Origin: Sarea resinae
Lineage: Eukaryota
Reading direction: 5' to 3'
DNA length: 53,805 nucleotides
Assembly (NCBI GenBank): GCA_026026165.1
Contig: JAPEUD010000075.1
Coordinates: 62,001 to 115,805 of the forward strand
Made by a program: the position numbers and the translations under genes. Shown piece after piece: positions 24,839 to 36,049 of this stretch (position 1 is its first letter; each line of letters opens with the position of its first letter). The notes below the pieces were generated by a model. It searched no databases, was not told the DNA's origin, and was given only the letters and a program-made list of their open reading frames with translations.

Positions 24839-26074
24839 GGCTTCTAGTCGTGCCTATTGGATTCATGACGTAGCCTTGATATTTGCATACACCTGTCGTT
24901 CTCTCTGTCTACTGTGTTCTGAAACTGGAGCTGGAAATGCAATATTTTACATTATCGTCATGATCTCACATCACTGGACTATCTCCACCGAACTACGAGT
25001 GTACTATGTCAAAGAGAACAAAAAAACATATGTCTGCCACATCGTGTAGAGCGCCCTGGAAATATACATACCCCGGACTTGATTTGGAAACACGGTGTGT
25101 ATCACATTTCCCATGGATCCCTGCCAGAATATCCCTGCCTGCATCATGCTTATTGAGCACAAGCTCAATCGGAACCGTCTGCCGGGCTAAAAGCCTGTTC
25201 ATCTGCTGTCTATCCCAGCAACTGCAGAGATCTCACCCTGGGATTGCATCGTCGTGCACGTGGGGGCGCCTTTCGGGTCTGACAGCTCTTGCGAAAAGAA
25301 AAAACCCCTTTTTCTTCCCCGCCTCTCTGCTCTGCCGTGCCTACCGATGATACAGGATGCTATTGCAACTGCTTGACTCCTCCTGCGCACGCTGCTACTC
25401 TGCATCTCCAATAGCAGCGAACGTCATCAGCGATACGTAGGCACATCAGGTATACGGTAGTCTTGCGGTGTATTGCTTCTTTCGTTGGAAGAAGACGACT
25501 CTTTTTGAGCAGTCGTATGTGATATGTAAGTGCAGGCTTGATCCATGCGCTTGACCAGTGACCACCTACGTTGCTGATAGATGTCTCTCAGTGCATTCAG
25601 CGACTGAGTCTCTCGTGCGTGGTGCCTATCTGCAAGTGTCAGATCAGGAACTGGATCTCGATAGCCGTCAAGTTGGGCTTGTAACTGCTATTGCAACTGA
25701 AAGCGGACCTTCTCACTTCGTTCAGTGTTGGCCTGCTCCATACCACGCATGTCTTTAACGCCCACTTCTTCCTGATGTCTGAAGATCGCCGAGTCTTCGC
25801 CGACATCACTTCTCTTTTCATCCACTGACTTTCACTCTTCACCTCCACGATTCCTTTTCCGGACCAAATCTTCGCACCTTCTATCATCGTGTCTTACCTC
25901 AACACTTTCGTCTCAAACAAGGCAAGAAAAGCTCCAGTTAGAGATCAGAACATCGAGTCAACAAACTGAAAGAATCTGACCGAAATGTAAGTGAGCTGCG
26001 ATAACCACGTCCCTGTTTCTTCAAATGATCATCACCGTCACTTCTTCTGAACCTCATTTGACTTCTCTATCAGA

Positions 26075-26872
26075 ATGGCATCTTCCGGCCCTCAGCAGCC
26101 GAGCATGCAAGATGGTCAATTCATGTTGTCCGTCATCCGAAACATGAAGAATAAACCTGATGTAAGTTGTATGTTCCTTTCGATTCGCTTTCGGATTTTT
26201 TGGCGGGTGTTCTGTTCAGTTCAGCGGCGTGTCACAGGGGGGGGTAGCCCTCGGTTCGGGAAGTACGAACACTCCCCGAGAAAGCTCAGCTTGACCACGG
26301 ATGTCTTTCAAAACTTCAAATCCTGTTATTCCATGCAATAAGGCTTTATTAAAAATACTGATTCAAGTCACCCATCGAACATCCTATGAGAGAGTCATTG
26401 TGTTATATGGAGGTGCTGATATCAGTCAATTTAGATCGACTTTGAAGCCGTTGCGAACGAGCTTGGCTACAAAAACGGGTCCACAGCCTCTGTTCGCTTT
26501 GGGCAGATCAAGAGAAAGCTTGGCTATGATAAGACGGCCGAGGGTTCCACCGCCGCATCTGCGAAATCTGGTATCTCCAGCAGCCCTAGCGGTTCTCCCT
26601 CAAAGGTGGTCAAGCCACGTAAACCCGTTACTCCCCGCAAACCTCGTGGGAAGAAGGCCATCGAAGCGTGCGAGCAAGCTCTCCGTGAGAACCAGAACCA
26701 AGCTATGGAGGATACCAACACTAAGCAGGAAATCAACGGTATGTCTCCACCCGTTCTCTTCCTGCAAATGCTGCGCTAAGACTTTCCAAAAGATAGCGAT
26801 GGTCTGGATGCGATGAAAAGCGAGATGAAATATGAAGATGACGTTTCCTTTGAGGACATCGAGACCGAGTAG
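26075..26872 (+). CDS. Cluster gene F: Myb-like domain (F-type), ~156 aa; exons 26075-26161, 26435-26738, 26793-26872
   Basis: ...QDGQFMLSVIRNMKNKPD|IDFEAVANELGYKNGSTASVRFGQIKRKLG, ending in acidic ...MKYEDDVSFEDIETE*. Probable 5'UTR intron at 25987-26073. Confidence 0.82.
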
Positions 26873-27356
26873 CTTTGATTTCGTACTTGGTGGAAGGTCA
26901 GCGATTCCGCATAGCAGTGAAGCTGGGTGTCTACTACGTCTTTTCGCGATGGGGTTCGGTCATGGATATGACAGGAATAGGTGTTTGGCTTGTATGGAAG
27001 GATAGCCAAGTCCTGTCCAGATCACTCAAGATAGGGCCATTATTTCTAAAAAAAGGAGCCATTATACCCACCTCGCTACGCTGCCACCGTGAATTCCTGT
27101 CTGGTTGATTCACAATGACCATTTTGGTTTGCCGAAACCCTCACTATTTATCAATCACTTGCTTTCGCTGTATCAATCCTTGCCATTCTCCAGCAACCTC
27201 TCTCTATCGAAATCCCACTCCATGTACATGACTGCTTTCTTCTGCAATACGACCGTCTAAAGCAAGATCTCAAGGGTTTGTTTTCTTCCTTGGCTGCTCC
27301 TGTCAGAAGCTAATTAACAAGAAGGCTAGCAACCATCGGCATTTCGGCTGATCCAC

Positions 27357-27912
27357 ATGGCTAGCATCGCCGAGCTCAGCGAACAGGTGGCCGAATTAAA
27401 AAGAAAGATCTACGAGCAAGAGAAAGATATAAGGTTCATGGACTTATGTCTGAGGTACATCAGCTTCGAGGTAAGTCCCATCTGACCCGGAATGGTTGGG
27501 TTCCAAAAGACCAACTCCTGTAACTTCCTTGCACGTAGTCCTGACTGGGAAATAGATTGGCCTTGACGAAGCCGCTCGAGAGATATCTCAATGGGCTGGG
27601 GACTCGCGAGAGTGGGGCTTTGCGTTTGAGACATTACCAGCACTTCGGATTCATGTCCGTAGCCAATTTGCCAAGGAGCACAACGAGCAGTGTATGGCCG
27701 CTTTCCTACAGCAGCTTCAAGATGCCGAGATTCTGTCACCCGACGATATCGAGGTTCTCAAGGAGGACTTTAAAAAAATGTTGGATGGAGCAGAGTCTTT
27801 GCGTCTAGATTCTAGCGATGAGGAGGTGCTTTTCGGACCGGCAGAGGCCACCAATCGCTTGTCCGACACTGCCGGTGAAACTGTAGAGGAGAGATCTTTG
27901 ACATCAGACTAA
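27357..27912 (+). CDS. Cluster gene G: small protein, probably a degenerate Myb-like paralog with an N-terminal coiled coil, ~156 aa; exons 27357-27470, 27556-27912
   Basis: MASIAELSEQVAELKRKIYEQEKDIRFMDLCLRYISFE|IGLDEAAREISQW... The intron GTAAGT...CCTGAC...TAG joins in frame to ORF 27694..27912. Confidence 0.6.
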
Positions 27913-28799
27913 CGGAGTGGGGGATACTACCTCAGCGAAGTTTGGTAGGGTAGAGAGTCACTACTGGTATGATTGGATATTATTGAGAGAAATAGTGGTA
28001 TAAAGGGGAATACTGAATAACAGAAAGCAAATCAGCAAGCTGCCTAAGCATCCCTCTTGCTCTTACGGATCACATTCTGCCTTTATATCTTCCGCTATAC
28101 TGCATCAAGCAACTTTATTGAAGAAAGCCCACGAGTCTACCAAGTAATCTGGTACAAGAAGGGGCCAATAATGTGCAGTCAATTTGTTCCTTTACTCTCA
28201 TATATCATGAACCTATACCCCCTTTTTACAACATGTCCCCCCAGCAGCTTATTGAATGAGAGGACGCAACCGCAGAAGCTTGACACAAGTTCTACCCCTT
28301 TTCCCAACCATAAAGACTCCGGGTCTAACTTATAGATGTCGTCCGGTCACTCTCGCTGACTCGTCGCTGACTCGTCCTCGCTGGCTCGCCGAGACATCCT
28401 CTCCGTTTTGCCCTAGGGCTTAGAAGGCACCCGTTTTGGCATTGAGCGTCACGATCTTCCCACGATGTCATGAATTCATCGACACACACAAGCGCAACGA
28501 TTCTCTCACTTCCTCTAGCCTAAATATCTAGTTGCTAGAATCTCTTCGGCTACTCGATCTTCTTCAACCTCCACCTCTACACACTATCCCACAACTATCT
28601 CACCACAACGCTTCCACCATCATTCTTCCTCCACCATATTTCCTCCACAAATCTCTCTCTTCATGATCCATAGCTCCGTCTATCAAGTTGTTTTCACATC
28701 AACTTCGAAAGCTAGCATCTCTACCGCGTACGTTCATGGGTGGTCCCTGACAGGTTTCTATGTACCATGCCTTGCTAACTTCGATCTCTAGACGCTAAG

Positions 28800-29753
28800 A
28801 TGTCCGACGTTTCTCTAACAAAGTCGGATGTCCGCCTCCTGCTGGCAGTGGTTAAGAACATCAATGGCGATGTAAGCTTAGCTGGCTTTCTTGATCTAGC
28901 TTTCGCGCCTATGTCCTCTCTTCTCATTAATCTTTCCTTTACCTCTTCAATTGATGTCAATTCCCTTCTTGCATGAAGCCTTTCATTATTGCTGAACGGC
29001 TTTGTCACTTCCACATCATGTACCACATCACGATTTGATCATATCACTGGTTCCGAAGAGATAATGTCTTTATCGTTTGAACGAGCAAGGTTTTTATCTC
29101 GATCTAGCAGCTAACGGATCTCACTGCCAAGATTGATTTCGATAAGGTTGCCACCCAGGTGCCTTACAAAGATGCCAAAAATGCTCGTGCCATGTGGGGC
29201 CGCCTGAAGAAGAAAATTACCAAGGAGGATGACCCGGAGGGGCCCGTCGGAGACTCAGGTGTTGGCAAAGATGACGGCAAGAAGGTCACCGGAACTCGTA
29301 AGAGGAAGGCGGACGCTGCCAACAATGAGGGCAACGACGCTGGGCCGGCAAAAGTAAGAAAAGTCTTTTTTATCAGCGCATGATGCTGATCTTAATTAGA
29401 AGTTATGTGCTCCGCGCCAGACTTCCACTCGGGCCTTGGAAGCCGCGACACCAGTTGATCCGACCATGAAGGTTCTTCACGACAACTTTTTTGACACAGT
29501 AAGTCTAGTCTAGCAAAGATGATTGAGAGATGACTGATGACATAAACAGGCTGGCAAGACTGGCATCAAGGAGGACACCCCAGTCCGCGACACTGGTTTC
29601 CACCGCGGTTTCCCTCAACAATCTGTGGAGCACCATGCCCTTGGCGGTCAGGATCTCGACGGCGAGGCTCTTCCTGGCGCGACTCAGCACTTTCAGAGCT
29701 TCGAAGGGAAAGAACGCAAATTCCTATTCCCAAACCTCCTCGATGAGGAGTAA
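28800..29753 (+). CDS. Cluster gene H: Myb-like domain (F-type), ~198 aa; exons 28800-28871, 29132-29353, 29400-29498, 29550-29753
   Basis: MSDVSLTKSDVRLLLAVVKNINGD|IDFDKVATQVPYKDAKNARAMWGRLKKKI. All four exons join in frame at canonical sites. Probable 5'UTR intron at 28728-28791. The 3' exons are less certain. Confidence 0.8.
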
Positions 29754-30510
29754 TTTTACCAGGATAGGTTTTTACAAAGCCTTATCAAACCATCTTTTCC
29801 ACTGGATTCAAAGGGTATGGGCAGGGCGTCTTGTTTTGAGGATTCTCCTGTCGCAAGCTAGTCAACGAGATAGAGATATTAGGCTTAGTCTCAATCAATG
29901 CTGTTGATTTGTCTAGTAATAACGTCGTAAACAATGAAGTCTGAATCTTGTCTGAGGGAGCTTGATGCTATACTTCGTCTCTACGATACTTGCAATGACT
30001 AGAAATTTCCATTTGCAGCCTCAAGGTGATGCTACGGCAGCATTTATCCGTGATTATTGAGCCCTGCATTTAAGAAGGTATGATATATGCACGCTTCCAC
30101 CCTCACCCTAGCTCTTTCAAGCCTCCATATGCACCTATTCCAAGCCCTTATGCAGCCACCACATGCGCGAACCTCTCTTGATCATATCCTTTGATGCAGT
30201 CCGCAGCACGTTCAGGGTTCATCATCTCTCAATATGCAGTTGCACGTTTGACTGGCAAGCCGCACCCAAACCTCTTCTCGACTTGTCCTGACACTTTCAC
30301 TGCCGTGATAATACCTGCGCAGTCGCACAATTCTATATCTGGCGACAACACCCACCGCGCTCATATACAGCTTGCTGTCTCACTTCACAACATCAGAAGA
30401 CTTCTCCCGTATCTGCCAGTGGCAAAGCTGTCTTCTCCAAACCATCCACCGGCTTCACTCTTCTCCGTCAACGCTTTTCACCAATCAATCAGTCAACCAC
30501 TACCTTCACC

Positions 30511-31278
30511 ATGCCTCCAGCAAGTAACGAAGAACAGTTCAAGTTCTTGATCAGCTGTATCCGCTACTCCAACAATGGCAAAGTGAGGCTCCAAACAGGA
30601 TGCCCATCGGCTTTCACTGAGAAGTATCGTGACAGGTTGATTTCGGCGAAGTGGCCAAGGAATGTAGCATCGTCACCAAAGGCGCAGCGTACGACGTCCC
30701 GTCTCCCCCTCATCTTGATTTTCGGCTCGATCGAGCCTCTAAGGCGATCACTAATTCTAAAATCTCTCCATAGTGCCAAACGCTATGAGCGGATGATGAA
30801 AGCCCATGGGATTTCTCCGGCCGGCCCCACCCCTCGCTCCACCCCGATGCCTTCTACTCCCACAAAGAAAACTCCCGGTTCAAGCAGCAAGAAGCGCAAG
30901 CTCGGCAAGTTCGACAAGATGTCCAACAGCAGCAACGATGATGAAGAAGGAACGCCCACCGGAGTAAAGGACGAGGCTGATTGTATGGGTATCAAAGAGG
31001 AACAGAAACAAGAAGCAGACGATGAGGATGTCTACACTGAAGGCCCACTTTCATTCTTCCCCAACTCCGTCTCTGGTGGGGACGACAACGCCGACGAGCA
31101 TCGCTTTGCTAGTCATGAGCAAAATACCTTCTCGGACCTCATCCAGCTGGGAGGCTATGGCGCAGGCTCCGGCGATTCAGGCATCGTTTCTCGCGAGATG
31201 GACAGCGACCACGGGTATCAGCGTCATGGTTCAGAGGAGCCGGACGGAAGCCCAGATAGCATTGTCATTGGCGATTGA
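30511..31278 (+). CDS. Cluster gene I: Myb-like domain (F-type), ~209 aa; exons 30511-30582, 30636-30688, 30774-31278
   Basis: MPPASNEEQFKFLISCIRYSNNGK|VDFGEVAKECSIVTKGA(A)|AKRYERMMKAHGI, with two canonical introns. Confidence 0.9.
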   Translation: MPPASNEEQFKFLISCIRYSNNGKVRLQTGCPSAFTEKYRDRLISAKWPRNVASSPKAQRTTSRLPLILIFGSIEPLRRSLILKSLHSAKRYERMMKAHGISPAGPTPRSTPMPSTPTKKTPGSSSKKRKLGKFDKMSNSSNDDEEGTPTGVKDEADCMGIKEEQKQEADDEDVYTEGPLSFFPNSVSGGDDNADEHRFASHEQNTFSDLIQLGGYGAGSGDSGIVSREMDSDHGYQRHGSEEPDGSPDSIVIGD

Positions 31279-33071
31279 AATGGGTCGTGTTGCTGCGATA
31301 GACATGTTATCGAGAAGCTTTGGGGCGCTTTTTGATCAAGGGTCGAGGATTTTCCTTTCTCGTTGATCTTCCATAGGTATCGATGGCTGGGATTGGAGTG
31401 CAACTATTAGAGCCTATCGGCTCATTTTCGTTTGCTTTTTCTCTCTTGAGATGATTTGTGCCCTTCACCTACTGAATCCTCGGCGAAATTCACGAAGCCA
31501 GGACGATGCTTCTCCTCTCACCTCCTCTAATACGCCTACATTCTCGTGGCTGTTAACACTTCGCATGCAAGTCCACTACCTTGAAAGTTGTCCAATAGCA
31601 AGCACGCCTATCGCAGCACCGCCATCCCCATTCCTGATAGCTGTGCACCAGTCTCCCCATGCTTTTACGTCTTTACCACCGAGTCGCATTCATGGATGTG
31701 TGCGACTAGATATGGATCCATGCAGGTGCCCGTGTAGGATGGCTGAAGATTAGATGTGCAGGACTGACGTTCCCCCACGTCTCGCCTCGCGTATCCATGC
31801 GTTGTGATCTACGTGCCTCGATCTCGGGGTCCACCGGGGAATCCGTGGCGAGCGGAAGCGAGGCCGGGAGCGGGAAGGGAGCGGGAATTCGGACGGGGGT
31901 GTTCTTCTTAGCGTGGCGATCCCTTTTCCACCCTGGCTCGCTTTTCCGATGGTACCTCCTGCAGCTCGCCTTCTCTGGGACTCGGGGCGGAGAGGAGAAG
32001 CCACATTGCTGCTGCTGCTTACTACGTAGACTCTTCCCATTGCCTACCTTCTACCGGGCTTACCGTATCTATATGTGCCTCCTGCATGGGCGGTGAACCG
32101 CTATCGACGAGCTCAATACCTGGGAGCTTGGCCGTGGCAACGATAACGGTAACGGTAACGGTAACCTTAATCCCCCTGGTCCCGGCGCAATCAAACAAAG
32201 ACCCCTCCCCTTTTGGTGTGTATTCGTCTACACAGTCTGGTGAAGGGAGATCATATCTCATATTTCTGAATCGAAAAGAGACATGGGCATCTAGAATTGC
32301 CACTAGGATATAGACGTTGGATAGAATGCTGTGCGCATCGTTTACTGGTCTTGTGATTTTGGCTGCTTGATGCCTGAGGCAAGAAGGAGATGGCACAAGG
32401 AAGGAGCGAGAGGCACCTGATGCGTCTCTGCTTTTGGTTGATGTCATATCTTTTTAACACGGTGGATGATGGCTTTGGTCGAACTCAAGTGAAGCTCAAC
32501 ACTAAAAAAGCGGATTCGGACTGGCACCGATCCTTCAGAGCCTCCTTATCATCCTGTGACTAGGCTGCTCTGGTCTGAATAACGCCCTATTACTTTCCAG
32601 CGGCTTGCCCGTGGCCTCTTTATTACTCGGCCTACTTACCACATCATCTGCGTGGTGCTCATCCCCATCCTGCCATGCTACGTTCCCGATCATAAGCTTC
32701 ACTCTAGTTCGCCGATGATCTACGGCTGATCATCTACCTGGCCTTTCCCTTACCTACCTCTTACTCTACGAGGTGTGACAGGTGGACTTGTCAACTCCTC
32801 AAACCCCTCGGCTCTGCACATTCAATCAAACTCTTCCACATACATCACCCTCTCACTTAGCACATCTCTGCTTCCTTCCTTCAGGTTCCTGAGTTCTGCT
32901 CCGTTGCCTCAAGACTGCCCTCACCTCTTCAACATCAAATCACACCCTTCGATCGATCTCGACCGAACAGTTTGAAGCTTGATAAGAGCTAGCTTCAAGC
33001 TTACTTGAAAGTCATTACTCGTTATCCTAAGCTCACTCCACCGCCGTCTTCCAGCAAAGTGATACTCTATC

Positions 33072-34248
33072 ATGGCTGGAGTCAAGAAGATGAACTGGGA
33101 CGGTAAGTGATCATTTCATCCCGACTCTCGACTTCTTCCATAGTCGGCAGCGTTCTACAGTACTCGGATGCTCTAACTGTTCTCTATTTGCTTCTATGCC
33201 TTCTGATGTTGGTGTCTGTTATCGTTCTTCGATTCATGTTGGTTGTGCGCATTTCTTCAATTTTGTTCACTTCCACCCTTCAAATGGCTCTCATCTCATC
33301 CTACGCACGTCTTGCAAGTCACATCTTACAATTCCCAGACATCAATCTGCTCGGTTATTTAATTCACCAATTCTACTCCTAAACTTTTTTCCGAAATTTG
33401 TATCTCTCGCAATATCAAAACTAAGAATCTTTCTTATAGCTACCGCCGACCAACAGCTCCTTCTCACCATTATCGGAACTCAATCGGTCAAAGTCGACAA
33501 TGAGGCCGTTGCTGCCCAGCTCGGTTGCACCCCCCGCTCTGTCGTCGAGCGCTTGAAGAAGCTTCGCAAGCAAGCCCGTGATGAAGGCTTCAATCTCAAC
33601 GGCGACGCTCCCTCGCCCAACGGCACTGACACTTCGGCCCCTGTGACACCCCAGAAGGGTCGTGCCAAAGCCAAGGCAACTCCCAAGAAAACCGCCGCCG
33701 GCACTAAAGGCAAGCCCAAGACCGAGCCTGGTAATACCGACGACGAGGACTTTGGCGGCGACGATGACAACGAAGTTGAGGCTCAGCCCCTTCCCAAGAA
33801 ACGCAAGACTGTGGCAGGCAAGACACCGCGCAAGGGAATCGCTGTCAAAAAGACTCCTGCTAAGCCGAAGCCGATCACTGGAGCCACCAAGCCCAGGACC
33901 AAGAAAGCAAGCGGAAAGAAGGGTCAAGCCAGCCTTTCAGCTGAGGCCGTTGAGCATTCGTCCGAGGAGGAAGGCGAGGTCAATGCCAGTGGCGATGAGA
34001 AGGGCAACGGCGGAATGCAAGGCACTGGCGCCGGCAACAAGCGAAGCCACGACGAGTCCCAGGAACACGGCGCTGTGGAGGCGACTGAGGAAGTCAAGGA
34101 AGAGGTCAACGAAGAGTTGGCTCCTACCGTCCACGGCGGCGAGGAGACTGGAACCGATGGCATCAAGGAGGCCGAGGACCAGGACCACGACTTGGAAATC
34201 CCTACCCCTGTGAAGAAGACAGAGAGCGATGAGGAGTACGTCCAGTAA
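33072..34248 (+). CDS. Cluster gene J: Myb/SANT-like domain plus TPxK-rich tail, ~279 aa; exons 33072-33102, 33440-34248
   Basis: MAGVKKMNWD(A)|TADQQLLLTIIGTQSVKVDNEAVAAQLGCTPRSVVERLKKLRK. The 337-nt intron is GTAAGT...CTAAG...TAG. Confidence 0.87.
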
Positions 34249-36049
34249 GTTTTCTTACAAGACTGCGACCTGCATCCAAGCTTTGGTATCGAATTCGTCG
34301 CGGATGAGGGCCTTTCGTTGAGAAGCGCAGGAGAAATCACGGGCGGATAGGCATAGGTGGTGGAAATGGCAAGGCGTGGTGATTCTTTCCGAGCTCTCAT
34401 TTCGTCCTCCATGGATTTTGATAGTGCACGTAACGCGGATGGATAGTAAACCCGGAAGTTGGCTTGATATAGTTAATGATCAAGTGGATTCTCCTACATA
34501 GTCGTTGTGCCTGTAAGAACAAGTTTGCGTGAGGTGCGAGTCTCGAACTGCAGTCCCACATTACCCCCCTTTCCACTTAACCCTTCGCCAAGTTCCCAGA
34601 CCTGTAGATCACCTCGGTAGATCTGGTCATCACATATGATTTCAATCGATGCGAAGTCTATAGTGTATGTCAAGTATTCAAATCTACTGCATTTCGACTA
34701 TCTCCTGTTCACTGAAAAAAGTACCGTACGAAGAAACGCTAAGGAAATTCGGATGATATAGAAACGGCCGAAACAGCGGCTTTGTCTCAGCCACCTTGGT
34801 GGAAGATCTAGACGCCCTGACCGCCTTACCTTGCAGTATACAAAAAGGCGGGTACGGATTTCGACGCCCGGACATCTCTATGTCTTCAAGATCTCAGGTA
34901 TCATGATGGGAGGGTTGTGGAGGCGGGCAAAACAAGGTCCTGCGGATGGGCCTTCAATGCCCTCAACAGAGTCACGATATCATCATCTTCACAGTAGCTA
35001 GCGAGCAAGAACTCATTGGGAAACGACGCATTGAATTGTAGGGACTGTTGCTTGAGAGAAAGAGATTGTATTGTGGATTGGGACCCCAATGGTCAATTCT
35101 GTTTCAGGCCTACTGAATCTCCACGCCTCGAGGGTCCGCAAAACGAGGTATGCATCGGTAGGTAGCTAGCCATGGAGTCAATTCATCCCACAACCTCCCA
35201 ATCAATGCACGACGTCCACCTCAGATCCTTTCCGTCCTCAATTCACCTCGCATGCCGTCAATACGTCAGTAGCCCTAACCCCACACGCACGTGTGTACAC
35301 ACGCGCGTTCGTGAGATTGCTCTTCACACCTTACCCGGAGTGTCATTCCCTCTGGTACCTGATGTGAAATTGATGCAGTGAATGGATGCAGTAAACAACA
35401 TTGGCAAAAGCATCCTCTTGCTATCGACTACTTCAAACCCTCACCCTCATCCTCAATTCCATCTTTCCACACACACATACACACGCAGACTCAATGACAG
35501 TTTACTTTGTGAACTGAACGACCCGCCAAGATCTTAATCCATCTTGAAACCGTCACTGATATCTTCATTCGCACCGATTTGAGCCTCTTTTCAAAAGAAT
35601 CGCTCGGTTTTTCTTTTCTTCGCATCTCCAGGACGCTCCAGATCATCTCCGATCATCTGGTATTCCAACTCAACATCAAGGTGAGCTCATCTCCTCCTCA
35701 GATCAGGCCTCGTCCATCGGAGCTTCCGAGCTTCGGCTGCTGTCCAGCAGAGCTTCAATCGAAGCTTACGGTCTGTAAGTCTTGAACTCCGTATGTTAAG
35801 CCGTCATCCGATCACCAGTGTACTCTCTTGGTCCCACGATTCAGGGGATTCTTCCGCAGAAACAGACTGCAATCAGGTACGATCATCCTTCCCATTATCG
35901 TCAGGTTCGAATCGCTAGAACTTCACCCCTGTCTCTTGATTGGATGAATGCTTCTGCGATTTGGCCATCGGGAAGATGTATCGGCTGATCTTATCTGCGT
36001 TTTATAGAACAAATTCTTGAATAATTAGCTTCGAAGCTGGTTGTTCGCA

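Noticed and set aside
31451..32460. Several 70-140 aa ORFs between genes I and J
   Set aside because: They overlap on both strands, show no domain or family motif and give no consistent exon structure. Treated as intergenic.
33196..33439. N-terminal parts of track ORFs 33196.., 15541.., 21199.. and 17977.. as true starts
   Set aside because: These are intron read-through. Canonical splice signals connect the downstream exons to upstream exons that complete the conserved domain.
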